A stretch of 45,823 bases of DNA from Tubiluchus corallicola. Its lineage: Eukaryota; Animalia; Priapulida. Below, in pieces: positions 1 through 11,725 of the stretch. Position 1 is the stretch's first letter. Every line of letters starts with the position of its first letter. The notes below the pieces were generated by a model that made no database searches, had not been told where the DNA came from, and was given only the letters and a program-made list of their open reading frames with translations. The translations under genes and the position numbers were made by a program. The DNA lies in the NCBI GenBank assembly GCA_030141605.1, contig JAQGDQ010001345.1, positions 1 through 45,823 of the forward strand. Reading direction: 5' to 3'.

Positions 1-100
1 GCGAGAGAGAGAGAGAGAGAGAGAGAAATAGACGGAGAGAAAGAGGGAGGAAAGAGAGAGAGAGAGAACAAGAGGGAAAGAGACGGAGAGAGAGAGAGAG

Positions 101-162
<62 letters not shown>
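1..162. repeat. (GA)n microsatellite in intron 3 of gene A
   Basis: Direct reading of the sequence. Confidence 0.97.
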
Positions 163-396
163 TCATTTTAGACATTTCTGTTTTTGTTTTTCGAATTTAC
201 TATTAATCTGGGCAGCACCAATACTGTCCGGAGCCATACTAGTAGCTTTAGAAAAAATGTTTTCGGTGTCAAAATTTGTGTTAATTTCATGCTTTCTCTG
301 AAAATTATCACTGTAAACTTCAACTTGCTGTTCATTCATGATAAATCTAGTAATAAATTCTAATTCCAAATTCTAAAGTCGACGGGATTGGGTCAC

Positions 397-592
397 CTTT
401 GGCCAGCAAATGTGACGAAACTGTTTAGATCTGAAAATGTCGTTTTGGTTTCCTCGTTTTCGTTCAAGTCCACATTGTTGCTGCTGAACTCCGTTCTCCT
501 TGACGGTTCGTTGAGCGGTGTGACTTTTAGATGGTCAATGGTGGCGCTGTACAGCAGCGCATGCGCATCATCGCCATACTGAATTCCTGCAG
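397..592 (-). CDS. Gene A (LLTP/vitellogenin-N-like paralog) coding exon 3; gene continues off the left edge
   Basis: tttag acceptor and AG/gtgacc donor; 196 nt. Reads (P)AGIQYGDDAHALLYSATIDHLKVTPLNEPSRRTEFSSNNVDLNENEETKTTFSDLNSFVTFAGQ(R). Same length and phases as gene B exon 3. Confidence 0.9.
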
Positions 593-660
593 CTAAAGGT
601 TAAAATAATTGATATTTTTTGTGCAAGTTAATTAAGATTTCAAAATTTGATAAAATAACT

Positions 661-1165
661 GGGCTAAAGTTTAAAATTCATTGCCACAACCAAGAAATTA
701 GCTCGTTGAAACGGATTAGGGTTAGGGTTGGTTGGGGTTTGACTAGGCTTAAAGTTATGGTTACGGTTAGGGTTTCGTTTTGGTCAGAGTTAGAGTTAGA
801 GTTATGGTTAGAGTTAGGGCTTGGTTAGGCTTAGGGTTAGGGTTACGGTTAAGGTTTGATTATGTTTAGGGTTAGGTTAGGGCTAGGATTTCGTTATGGT
901 TATGTTTTGGTTATGGCTAGAGTTAGGGTTTGGTTAGGCTTAGGGTTTTTCAATTGTGTGGTTTATGGTTAGGTTAGGTTAGGGTTAGGTTAGGGTGAGC
1001 GTTTGAGCTAGGGTTAGGGTTTATAAATTGTGTGGTTTAGGGTTAAGTTAGGGCTACGTTAGGGTTAGGGCATTTAAATTATGTAGTTTAGGGTTAGGGC
1101 ATTTGAATTATGTAGTTTAGGGTTAGGTTAGGTTAGGGTTTGGTTAGTACTAGCGTCAGGGTTAG
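661..1165 (+). repeat. Dispersed element with a degenerate (TTAGGG/TTAGG)n core
   Basis: Many ggttagggtt variants. The unique flank at 661-724 matches the reverse complement of 22865-22925. Confidence 0.75.
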
Positions 1166-1606
1166 TGTATATAAATTGTGTGGGGGATTGTAAACTGCTT
1201 CCAATTACAGCCTAAATTACAGCTATTGAGTAAATTTCGCTGTTCAACAATTTTGCAAACTGAATGATGTAACAAAAGTAATTTGGACAGTTAAGTAGTT
1301 AGTCGGTTATGCCACTAGATATTCATCTAATCAATCGTCTAGCAAGTTAACTTGCAAACATTGGCTGTCGTGAAAAGAGGTTATAAAATATGGGGTCGAC
1401 GACAAACCACGACGATGACGACGATGACGACGACAATGACGACAGCAAAAACAGCAACAATTAACGTTGCCTAGTATAAGTCAGCCTTCATGTCAAATGT
1501 TCAGATTAGATCGGATTAAGAGCTTTTATAACTGATTAGAGGTAACAAGTTACATAATGAGCACAATAACCACATGAAATAGTTAAACATTTAATAGGCC
1601 AAATCT

Positions 1607-2163
1607 TTAAAGGAAAACCAGACGATTGTGTGGACATCAGTTCAAAATAAAGTATGCTCTAAAATATTAAACAGTACAGTAGCTTTTTTAAATCAAAGCT
1701 TGTATTAAATAATAATTACCTCGGATAGTTAAATTTTGTTAAACTTTCAAAGCTACACGCGGCTCAGCGAATCCACTAATACTGGCAATGGCGTCTTTTT
1801 CTCACGTTCGCGTGGAAGACAAATAGGCGCGGTACCATGATAAGCATGATCATGAACTGCAGTGTTCGTTTTTGACGTCAGTGTGACGTAGATCTCATTT
1901 TCGTGACATCACACCAATATTTTATAGCAATGTTCGCTTACGCAAAACGTACTTGATGCGCAGGAAAGATGCCTACCATTGCACAAACTGTGGTTAGTTT
2001 GTGACGTAAGCGATAGCTGTGTTCAGTTGCCGTTAATTAACTTTCTAAGGCAATTATTCAAATATAAGAAACAATTGCTAACTTTTATAGGCAAGAAAAT
2101 GTATATTTTGGAGAGTAAATTTAAATGAGATTGAGTCTAAACAATCGCCAGATTTTCCTTTAA
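1607..2163. mobile_element. Non-autonomous DNA transposon, family 1 (Kolobok-like MITE)
   Basis: ttaa|aggaaaaccagacgattgt ... acaatcgccagattttcct|ttaa: TIRs with TTAA flanks. Further copies at 29641-30156 and 32121-32490. Confidence 0.8.
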
Positions 2164-3062
2164 TGGCAGTACAGTTAGTATCATTTTATGTATAACACCG
2201 CCATGTTTATTTTAGCCAAGAAGCAATAAAGGAAAAACGACTGAACTTTTTCTTCATTCTTCTTTTTTTGTTTGATTGAATTTAAGCTCACATATTTTGA
2301 TAAAATTCTTCACAAGATCCACCATGTCTGCTTGAACTCAATGATTCTTTATACAAGCTGCACGCGAGGCAAAATGTTAAGTAACAATTTGTTTGACACA
2401 GACCGTTGCTCGTGTGCGCGCTCGATGCTGTTTTACCACTCAATTTTCTGTCTCAGACAAACTCATGCTCCCGTATGCGCGCTCGCTACAACAAGATACA
2501 AAACAGGATCAAGCCAACAAAAGGCGATCGTTTTGCCACGTGTCATGTTAACTGTTGTTACTAATGCACGAGTTACTCCACACGAAAGTTGACGCGTGCG
2601 CGCATACTGTATTTTGTTTGAGACGGTTTTAATCACAATTTGCCGTGTGCGACTAGTATCATGCCTGTATAGTTGCAGTTTGGTACATGGCACACTTTTG
2701 AGATGTTTTTTTAAGTTTACTTTCTCTTTAAACCTACATTGAACCAAGGTTGAATAAATTGACCTGCGTTTTACCAAAAAGAAAGTTTTTCTGACAAAAG
2801 GCAAATTATGAAGCCTTCCTCAGACAGATCCAACCTCCACTGCACCCGTCTTGAATTTTTGCTCGTGACATATTTTAGCGATATTTTAACTTCAAGTAAA
2901 TTTTATCCTTAACTAAATTAGAATATCTATGTTTTGTTTGCCAATAAAAACATTCTTTAATTAATATCACAATTTTACTTTTTATTGTAAATCAAATTGT
3001 CACATATTTCAACTCAACCGTAGTGAAAAAACAGATTTTTTTACCAAATGATTTCAAACCTT

Positions 3063-3065
<3 letters not shown>

Positions 3066-3142
<77 letters not shown>

Positions 3143-3291
3143 CAGAGGGAGAGAGAGAGAGAGAGTGAGAGAGAGAAAGAAAGAGAGAGGGGGGAGAAGA
3201 AAGAGAGAGAGAGGTAGGAGAAAGAGAAAGAGAGAGAAGAGAGAGAGAGAGAGAGAGGAGAGAGATAAACAGAGAGGAGAGAGAAAGAGAG

Positions 3292-3336
<45 letters not shown>
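3066..3336. repeat. (TA)n-(GA)n compound microsatellite
   Basis: Direct reading. Confidence 0.97.
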
Positions 3337-3339
<3 letters not shown>

Positions 3340-3411
3340 TATAGGGTAATTTGGCCCTGTAAAAGGTCAATAAGACTCTCGTACACGACACTTCATCTGA
3401 AAAGTATATCA

Positions 3412-4434
3412 TTGAAAGATGATTTTTCATATACTATCCTATTTTCAGATATTGTAAAAAGTATACATCTAAAACATCAATAATACTTGAAAAGCGATTC
3501 TGGTAGTTAAAGGGTTAAATAAGATTAAAACTTAATTAACGACGGATTGGCCCACTATTGGCCAACTATTGACGACATCACAAACTAACATAATTTTCAG
3601 CAGCATAAATATTCCACGAGCGTGTTACACGTGTTTGCGAAAGTAAAAATTGAAGTACAGTACTACTGTAAGACATTCAAAGATGTGCTAAAACTAAGCA
3701 AGTTTTAAAATAAAAATTCAAATTTCAAATTTACCGCTGTGCTCGCGCAGGAGCTGTCGAATGTGTGTAGTACGTCAGAAACGAACACATCGGAACTAAG
3801 AGGTACAGCAGCTGTTTTTTTTGTGCAATGCGTTTTCGAAATGCAGGCACTAATGCCCGTCTAACTAGCGAATGGTGAAATGCATCTAACTGCAAAGAAC
3901 TAGTGGCGTGAACGTGAAATTGTGTTTGTGTGGTAATAATTCTTTCACGTAAGTCATTTTTGAAAAAATAGAATGTTTGCCTATAAAGAATAATAAACAT
4001 AGAATTTCTTAACATAATAATACAGGTGTCGCAACCATAGAGGACACGACACAATAGTACAGGTTGTTTCATAAATCCCTCACTGATTTGATTTTCAATT
4101 TTATTTGCGTTTGTATCGGATGGCGAAGAAAAAATGTTCCGAAGTTTAAACTACAATAATATTAGAGGCAAGTACCCAACGAAGTCCACCACAAACTGTT
4201 CGCCACAAACTAACGCAAATGAACTGAAAGGTACAGCACCTGTTTTTGTGCAATTTGTTTCTAAAATACAGGCGATAGCGCCCGTCTAACTAGCGAATGG
4301 CGAAACGCATGTAACAGCGAAGAACTGTGTGGTAATAATTCTCATTGTTGAAAAAATAGTATGTTTCCTTTCAATATTTTATAGAGTAAATTGTTTTGAC
4401 ATACAATCTGAGATTTGATCTGGTTTTGCTTTAA
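3412..4434. mobile_element. MITE family 3 copy with internal partial duplication
   Basis: Colinear similarity to 15219-15808; ends ggttttgctttaa. The gcccgtctaactagcgaatgg block occurs twice. Confidence 0.7.
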
Positions 4435-4586
4435 GTCTGGCTTATATTAAGAGCCTTATAATATACAAATGTTATAATTATGTATATTATCGTAAGAAGT
4501 TAAACGATTTCTCTCGTGTATTAGTATAATAACACTAATAACACTAGAATCTCATGAAGACAACAAACTTTTGAAGAGCAACTCAC

Positions 4587-4692
4587 GTCCGATACAGTCC
4601 AGGTGAACATCACAGGTTGTTCTGAACTTTAGATTTTGTGAACCCCATAAATTGACCTCATTTTCAAACTTGTATTGCAATGTCTCTGTTGT
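4587..4692 (-). CDS. Gene A coding exon 2
   Basis: ttccag acceptor and gtgagt donor; 106 nt. Reads TTETLQYKFENEVNLWGSQNLKFRTTCDVHLDCIG, homologous to gene B exon 2. Confidence 0.92.
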
Positions 4693-5145
4693 CTGGAAGA
4701 ACACTGTTGTTAATTACACGGGTTCTGAACTTGTCACAACTAAATTCGTTTAAACAACCGAGTTTGGCAGGAAACAAAGCAAACAACGATTTGGGTTTAC
4801 ATCTTAAATTTCCTCTTGTTACTTAGAGACAGTTTCAGTCAGAAATTATGCCTTTGCCTTTAATTACTATTGTCATTGTTGTAGTTTGGTGGCTGAATTT
4901 TATTTTATTTTATTTCGTAATTTTCATAGTACAATAAATGATTGACAAGGTAGATGAAAAGTGAAATAACATAATAAATGACTACTATAAAAACACTGCT
5001 AATTAAAACAAAGTGATGATAATTGTGAAATTCATGTTTAAAGTTGTAGATCACTCACTTTGTAGAACAAGAATAAAAAACTCTACTACATATTTGCACA
5101 AAAAAGTGTTTATTAAACTACATACACATAAGTAGCATGACTGCT

Positions 5146-5226
5146 GCACTGAACACTGAGCGTTAGAGTGTCCTGCACTGAACACTGAGAATGAGAGTGT
5201 CCTGCACTGAACACTGAGAGTTAGAC
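5146..5226. repeat. ~29-bp tandem repeat, about 3 copies
   Basis: cactgaacactgag...agagtgtcctg repeated. Confidence 0.8.
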
Positions 5227-5759
5227 AGTGACTAGAAAGTAAATCAGGCAGTATAGGTGACTTATGCAAACTTGGCTTCACAAAAACCATTACTTTGAAA
5301 TAGGGAGAGATCCAGTGAATGCATCGTACAATTATACTGGGAGTAAGTAGCTGGTAAAATGTAACAGGATTAGTTCATAGATGGCAGCACCTAATTAAAA
5401 TGTACAATTACAACTTCCACAATAATAATATAAGTAGAAGATTACGATAAAAAACACAAAGAACTAAAGTAGCTGCTTACAAGTGTCTGTTAAAAAGTAA
5501 AAATTTACTAAAATCAACATGATATAGCCGTTTTCTAAATAATTTTCCGTTGCCATAATTTAAAGTTGGAGCATCATTCACATGTGATGGTACTTTATTC
5601 CATAAACTTACAATTCTGTTGCTGAAGAAATGTTTGAAGCAATTAAGTAAGCTTTTTTTCCACTTGTAATTAGTTTGTATCAGTTTGTCTGCGTGGCACA
5701 GGAGAAACCCATGTAATTCGCAGTTTTTCTTTATACGTGTAGAAAATTTTAATTAATGT

Positions 5760-6243
5760 AAGACTAAAGACATTTTGTAATAATAATTACTTAAATTCCG
5801 AGAGTCCCACCAGGCGCCGCTAGAACGTTTTTCCCGCATGCTGTTTGGTCACAATTTCGAAAAAATCGCGAGTTGGGTCCGGGAAAACGCCTGTTGCGGG
5901 ACCCCGTGGCCCTCTCGGGAACTCTAAATATGCCTACTACACCCACCGCTGAACGGGCTATCTATCCATACCCAGCACCCCCCTCGGCCCGTTCCCGTTC
6001 TCTACATCTCAGCCGTATAACTTTTGCAAAAAACGGCCCAAAAAGGGCCATTTTTGGAGGTTTTTCGCCCCCCGTTCCTCCCGGTGGGCCCAATTCGAAA
6101 AATAAACCATCAATGGCACGATACTAGATCGAGACCTTTCTTTTGATATATAGATCACCGCAAATGGTGCCCTCGTCGGAGCTGTAGCCTCGAATCTTAT
6201 ATATATATATATATACCAAGAATATTAATATAAGAGTATAGAT
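5760..6243 (-). mobile_element. Possible non-autonomous Helitron-type element (GC-rich insert)
   Basis: GC-rich block in an AT-rich intron. The minus strand begins ATCTATACT followed by (TA)n, as in animal Helitron-derived elements. The 3' end was not resolved. Confidence 0.3.
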
Positions 6244-6359
6244 TAAAAAATGGACAAAGTTTATTTTCAAATTTCTTTTGTGTCAGTTCAGATTGTAGAT
6301 TGATTTTTAAACAGTATTTAGTTAAACATTACAGTTACCACAAATATAAAATGCCTTAC

Positions 6360-6473
6360 CTTACACTTTAACTTGACTAGTAAATGTCCAGGTGATTGCG
6401 AAATTAGCTGCGACGTTACTGTCGCCAGCAATAATGTTGCTGTCGTAAGCACCGCAAGCATGAGACCCTTCAT
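6360..6473 (-). CDS. Gene A coding exon 1 (signal peptide)
   Basis: aaaATG context. Reads MKGLMLAVLTTATLLLATVTSQLISQSPGHLLVKLKCK, then AAG/gtaagg donor. Homologous to gene B exon 1. Confidence 0.9.
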
Positions 6474-6849
6474 TTTGTCACCTGCTCAGACTCAGAAGTT
6501 TAAGAGAAATTCAAAGTTACAGAGTAAAATAAGCCAATCTTTGTAAATGCACCTTAGTTCACTGGTTCTTTGACCTCATTCTGTGCACAGGTATTATTCC
6601 AGTGGCCTTTGTTTTGTTTAGTATAAACGGTGGTGCTTTTACACTTGTCTCGCCTGCCTTGTGAATTATTCTGTGCTGTTACACTCTGTGAAGGGGAAAC
6701 AGGGGTATGTGAGGCTCAGTGGTAAACTTTTGTCAAAGAATGTGTGACTTTTGTGTATTTTGGTTTTACAGAAATAACAAGTCACTCAGTATTTTGGCTT
6801 TATTTTTTTGGTTATCGCTTAGACATAGAAAAATATAACAAAGAAATTT

Positions 6850-7235
6850 GCAGTTGGCAGTAACGCTGTATAAAACGTATAAATTTAAACTCCCGCGATG
6901 ACCGTTAGGCGCAGCCATTTTCACGACAGGTCATTTGAAACAAGTTTAGATAACATTTTGTAAACTTTGAAAAAATAACCAGAGCATTCGTAGCGCACAA
7001 GTCACTAACTAAATAAAATTTTGAATTACTGTATCTTGTCAATAAGATTAAAATTACGTTTTTTGGCTAGTGAGTGGCGCACCCTGGAGGGTGTGTCAGC
7101 GACATTTTATCATTTGGCCCAAACATTTTAAATTATTAGTCTAGTTGCATAAGTTTTACCAGCAGGTAAGTGAAATGCTAAGTAATATAGATTTGCATGG
7201 AAAACTTTTGAGACATAATTTAACATTTCCTTTTC
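6850..7235. mobile_element. Diverged dispersed repeat, family 4
   Basis: Similar blocks at 41560-41890 (same strand) and 30270-30545 (reverse). Confidence 0.5.
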
Positions 7236-7723
7236 TTCCGCTGATTTACGTTTGCCTAGTGACGTCATGTAATGGCGCGGTCAGAACAGTATTGTGGGAG
7301 ATTTAAAATAAAAACAAAAAGAAATTCCTTTCAAGACGAATGCGATATACGCATAAAATTGCCGTAAAGTAATATAATTTTTTAAGGCGATTTTTCTGAA
7401 ACCTACTTCAGATATCCCTTGTCTTGTCCTTTGTAACATTAACACTGTTTTTGATGCTGTGACATTGATATTTGATTAGATAAAATCACTAATGTATCGA
7501 TTATGACCTTCACCCAATGTTCCCGTACACAGATTAGGTCGATAAATTACACACACATATATACAATTATACGTGTGTATATTTGACCAACAGCTAATTA
7601 ACACTGGTTCAATATGGCTAACCGAAGTCTAGTTTATCCAGAGTAGAAACAAGTCGTAGATTGATAGACAAGCACAACAAGCTTTTCAAAGACCAATAGC
7701 TAATTTCTGTTTATTTCTCGTGT

Positions 7724-8200
7724 TTAAAGGAAAAGACAAGCTTTCTGAGAAGGTAGGTTTATTTCAATGTACGCGAGAAATATTAGAATGATTTACAAAT
7801 AAAAATGCAATAAGCCCTTGGTGTAATTAGTAAAATTGAAGCCGCGATCGTTTCAAGCTTGGGCGCTCCAATTCTTAAAGTCCATTTTGTCCACCAATGA
7901 CGTCATTCTTCGACTGCACAAAAGCTACAATACACCGTCAAAAGTTCTTACAAAAATTTAATTGCAAATTTTGCTATGCTTTTGCATGAACACAAGGCAA
8001 GCAGCAGGAGTTTGAATTATTTTAATCAGTGAGCGCTTATGGGAAGCCACGAATTCCACCAATTACGTCATAATTTTCAAGTGAATGACGGCTACCAAAA
8101 CTTCTATACAACGGTAGTGTAAATTAAGTTTTCATTTTATAAATTTTGCAATTTTTTGCTATATTTTTCTACGTTTGAGTGATAGAAGTAAACGTATAGA
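7724..8200. mobile_element. MITE family 2, partial copy
   Basis: Starts ttaaaggaaaagacaag; colinear with 20219-20781. Confidence 0.7.
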
Positions 8201-8250
8201 AGTCAGAATCCCCATTTTTTAAGATTTAAAATTGAAGTCTCAATTTTTTT

Positions 8251-8296
8251 ATTTCTCACAGAGCTTTCGTCCTTCACGGACTTCATCAGATGAAAT
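8251..8296 (-). ncRNA. Minimal hammerhead-ribozyme-like motif (Penelope-type variant)
   Basis: Minus strand reads AUUUCAU-CUGAUGA-A-GUCC-GUGAA-GGAC-GAAA-GCUCU-GUGAGAAAU. It has both core boxes, a 4-bp stem II, a palindromic AGCU stem III and a potential stem I. Confidence 0.6.
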
Positions 8297-8436
8297 CTAC
8301 TTGTATAACCTTACTTGAAGGACGTATTTCCAAGAGGTCTTTCAAGATCCTAGGCCACACAAGTACATTTCAGCTGGAAAGTTCTGTGAAAAATAATTTT
8401 TTTGAGACTTAATGGGCACTTTGACTTCAAAGTTAA

Positions 8437-8772
8437 ACAGATAAAAATTCAAATCTCAATTTTACCGTTGTGCTTACACATGAGCTGTCGAATGTGTGTA
8501 GTTCGTCACAAACTAACATATCTGAACTAAGAGGCATCGCACCTGTTTTCTGTGCAATGCGTTTCAGAAACACAGGAGCTACTGCCCGTCTAACTAGCAA
8601 ATGGCGAAATGCATGAGACAGTGAAGAACTAATGGCGCGAACTTGAAATTGTGTTTGTGTGGCAAAAATTCTTTCACGTAAGTCGTTTTTGAAAATAATA
8701 GTATGTTTTCTTTCAGTGTTTCAAAGAGTAGATTGTTTTGAATAGTTCAAGATTGGGTCCGGTTTTGGTTTA
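8437..8772. mobile_element. MITE family 3, partial copy
   Basis: Colinear with 15475-15808. Confidence 0.7.
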
Positions 8773-9136
8773 GGTTACACTGAACCTGATTGGTAATTGC
8801 TCGGGCAACCGACGGAAAGACTGCTTTTAAATCTGTGCTAGTTCAGCGTCTCGTCTTAAAGATGCTTCTTGATGATGAAATAAGAATGCTGGGTGCAGGT
8901 CTATACACGCTTGTTGTTATACGAGTTGCGTAAAAATGATAAATATTTGATGCCTAATCCAGGATGCGTTCATTTTACAGTTACTTCAGGCTTTTAATGT
9001 TTTGTAAGTTTCATAGATGTTTTAAAAATTTTAAAAGAAATTTGAAGACGTTTTGCTTGTAGAAATGAAAATATATTTTAAAACTCTTTCAACAATAGAT
9101 CACTATTGAAGACAAACAAGGATGTTTAATTTAAAA

Positions 9137-9142
9137 TTTATT
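9137..9142 (-). terminator. Candidate AATAAA polyadenylation signal of gene B
   Basis: AATAAA about 850 nt downstream of the stop codon; the motif is common in AT-rich DNA. Confidence 0.3.
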
Positions 9143-9489
9143 TCTTTTACTTGTGACAGAAAGTCTCAAATGACTATAAAAACTACACGTCTACAATAAA
9201 ATATTTACACTTTTAAAAACGAAAACAGGTCCTATGGAAGATATCTAGACATTAAAAAGGCACACAATAGCACGAAGTTATTACGAAATTATTTTAATAC
9301 TGTTAGATAGGCAACTATATTAGCCAGAACCCAAAAATGCTTTTAAGGTATTGGAAAAATCAGGATTTACTTGACCAATACTTCCAGTTTGTCCACTAAT
9401 AGGGAGGGTGGAACTGTCACCTGAAAATATAGAGTAATTGTAATAGAGGTCTTAAACAATTTTTTAAAAAGTTTCTATTTATAATGTTT

Positions 9490-9971
<482 letters not shown>

Positions 9972-9987
9972 ACAAAAGAGAGATATT

Positions 9988-10098
9988 TTACATACATGTT
10001 CGTTTTTTCCACGACCTTCTATAACTGCTGGTAATTTTCCATGAGAGAGACGATGGCTTCCATTTGTATTTCTTTCCCCACGTCCATTTAATCTTTGG
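9988..10098 (-). CDS. Gene B exon 13 (terminal, Lys/Trp-rich)
   Basis: tttctag acceptor, phase 0. Reads PKIKWTWGKKYKWKPSSLSWKITSSYRRSWKKRTCM*. Confidence 0.85.
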   Translation of the reverse strand, partial: PKIKWTWGKKYKWKPSSLSWKITSSYRRSWKKRTCM

Positions 10099-10353
10099 CT
10101 AGAAATTAAAATTTGAACAAATCCCATTAAATTATCTATAAATTTTAGCTTATTCACACATTTAAGTCTATACCATATATCATAATAGCATCATTTACCT
10201 CAGTCATGGATAGCTGGACTATCATATGGATAGATAATCCACGTAGGGTTATGTATCCACTATGCCTGAAAATTTCTATTCAGAGGTTGTGTATTTCCAA
10301 TTTATGCTTTTATAGACAGTTTTTTGCAAATTTCTTTGTTACATCTTTCTAAG

Positions 10354-10698
10354 TTTAAGTGATAATGGTAAAATAAACCCAACATACAGAGTGACTTGCT
10401 CTTTCCTTTAACACACAACAAACAGTTTAAATGATAATAGTAAAATAAACCCAATGTGCTAAGTGACTTGTCCTTTCCTTTAGCACACCACAAACAGTTT
10501 AAATGATAATAGTAAAATAAACCCAACATACTGAGTGACTTATTCTTCCCTTTAACACACCACAAACTGTTTAAATGATAATAGTAAAATAAACCCAACA
10601 TGCTAAGTGACTTGTCCTTTCCTTTAGCACACCACAAACAGCTTAAATGATAACAGTAAATTAAACATAACATACTGAGTGACTTGTTCTTACTTTAA
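10354..10698. repeat. 72-bp tandem array (~5 copies) of the family 2 MITE terminus plus flank
   Basis: Units start at 10354, 10426, 10498, 10570 and 10642. The unit matches the end of 20219-20781, and the MITE body lies at 10260-10353. Confidence 0.85.
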
Positions 10699-10760
10699 AT
10701 TATCAAATTTATCTGCTCTTTCATGTCCTAATCGTCCTTACTAAAACATCATGCACCTAC

Positions 10761-10928
10761 CGGCCACCATTGTATCTTCACTTTCGTCCTGAATTGATAC
10801 CAAGCCTCAATGCTAATGGTCATTGGATCGTAACCATAGTAACCAGCAATGCATGGGATGCTCTCGGTGACAGTTTCAATGTAGAAGTTCAAGTTGATGC
10901 CAATAGTGATGCCACCTCGGACGAGTTT
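10761..10928 (-). CDS. Gene B exon 12
   Basis: ttttccag acceptor and CCG/gtaggt donor; 168 nt. Reads KLVRGGITIGINLNFYIETVTESIPCIAGYYGYDPMTISIEAWYQFRTKVKIQWWP. Confidence 0.88.
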
Positions 10929-11610
10929 CTGGAAAACACGATGTTGCTAAATTGTTAATTCTTAAATGAGACAAGTTCAATTAGCATTTTCACAGTTGTC
11001 AAAGGTTAAGTGTACCAGACAAGCATTTGTGTACACTTGACAACGCCTGCCAGCTTAAGCTATACTACATGTCTTAAGAGCTGCTTAGAACCTAGCTCAT
11101 TTTTCTTGTTCCGAAGCAAAATCCTGCTAGTAAATCACTCTACGCACAAACTAACGCATAATTAAGTAAAGTCCTTGTAAATAAAACTGATGTCACTGAA
11201 CTGACGCGGTAAACGGCGTTGCTTTACCCACATGTCACGTGACAGTTGTAGTTAAGACGCGTTGCTGTGGTCCACTTAACCTTTGACCTGCAGCAACTGC
11301 GCGTGCGCACAATGAAACTGTTAAAAGGCTCATTACAGATGCAATGTCCTGATTTTGCACATGCGTTTTTAAGTTTACTTTACCAAAATCTCATAATACA
11401 GTGTACGTATTAGAACAATGCATAGCAGCTACTCAAAAACTACATACGTTGCCGTGAGGTAGTCCATTTATGGCTTTATATGCAATAAAAAGTTCATAAT
11501 ACTTTTATTAAACGAACAAAACGATTCGTGGCGTACACACTGTCCTTTGTAAACAACTGTAATTCAAAATCTTCAACAATTGGCTGCATGACCACATACT
11601 GGAGGAATAA

Positions 11611-11725
11611 GGAAAATCTTTGGAATTAACACCATTACCTGCGATGTGATTACCTTCCTCCAGGGCTGGTCTTGGACGGTAGCTGCAATCACATCTCAGC
11701 TAATGGTGTTCAGCCGAGATTTTCC
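11611..11725. repeat. Imperfect inverted repeat (hairpin or small MITE)
   Basis: ggaaaatct...aacaccattacctgcgatgtgatt pairs with aatcacatctcagctaatggtgtt...agattttcc. Confidence 0.75.

Noticed and set aside
716-1165. True telomere or fusion site
   Set aside because: Highly degenerate, intronic, single orientation, and part of a dispersed element
10302-10673. 123-aa Cys/His repeat ORF resembling zinc fingers
   Set aside because: Translation of the 72-bp MITE-end array; spacing does not fit C2H2
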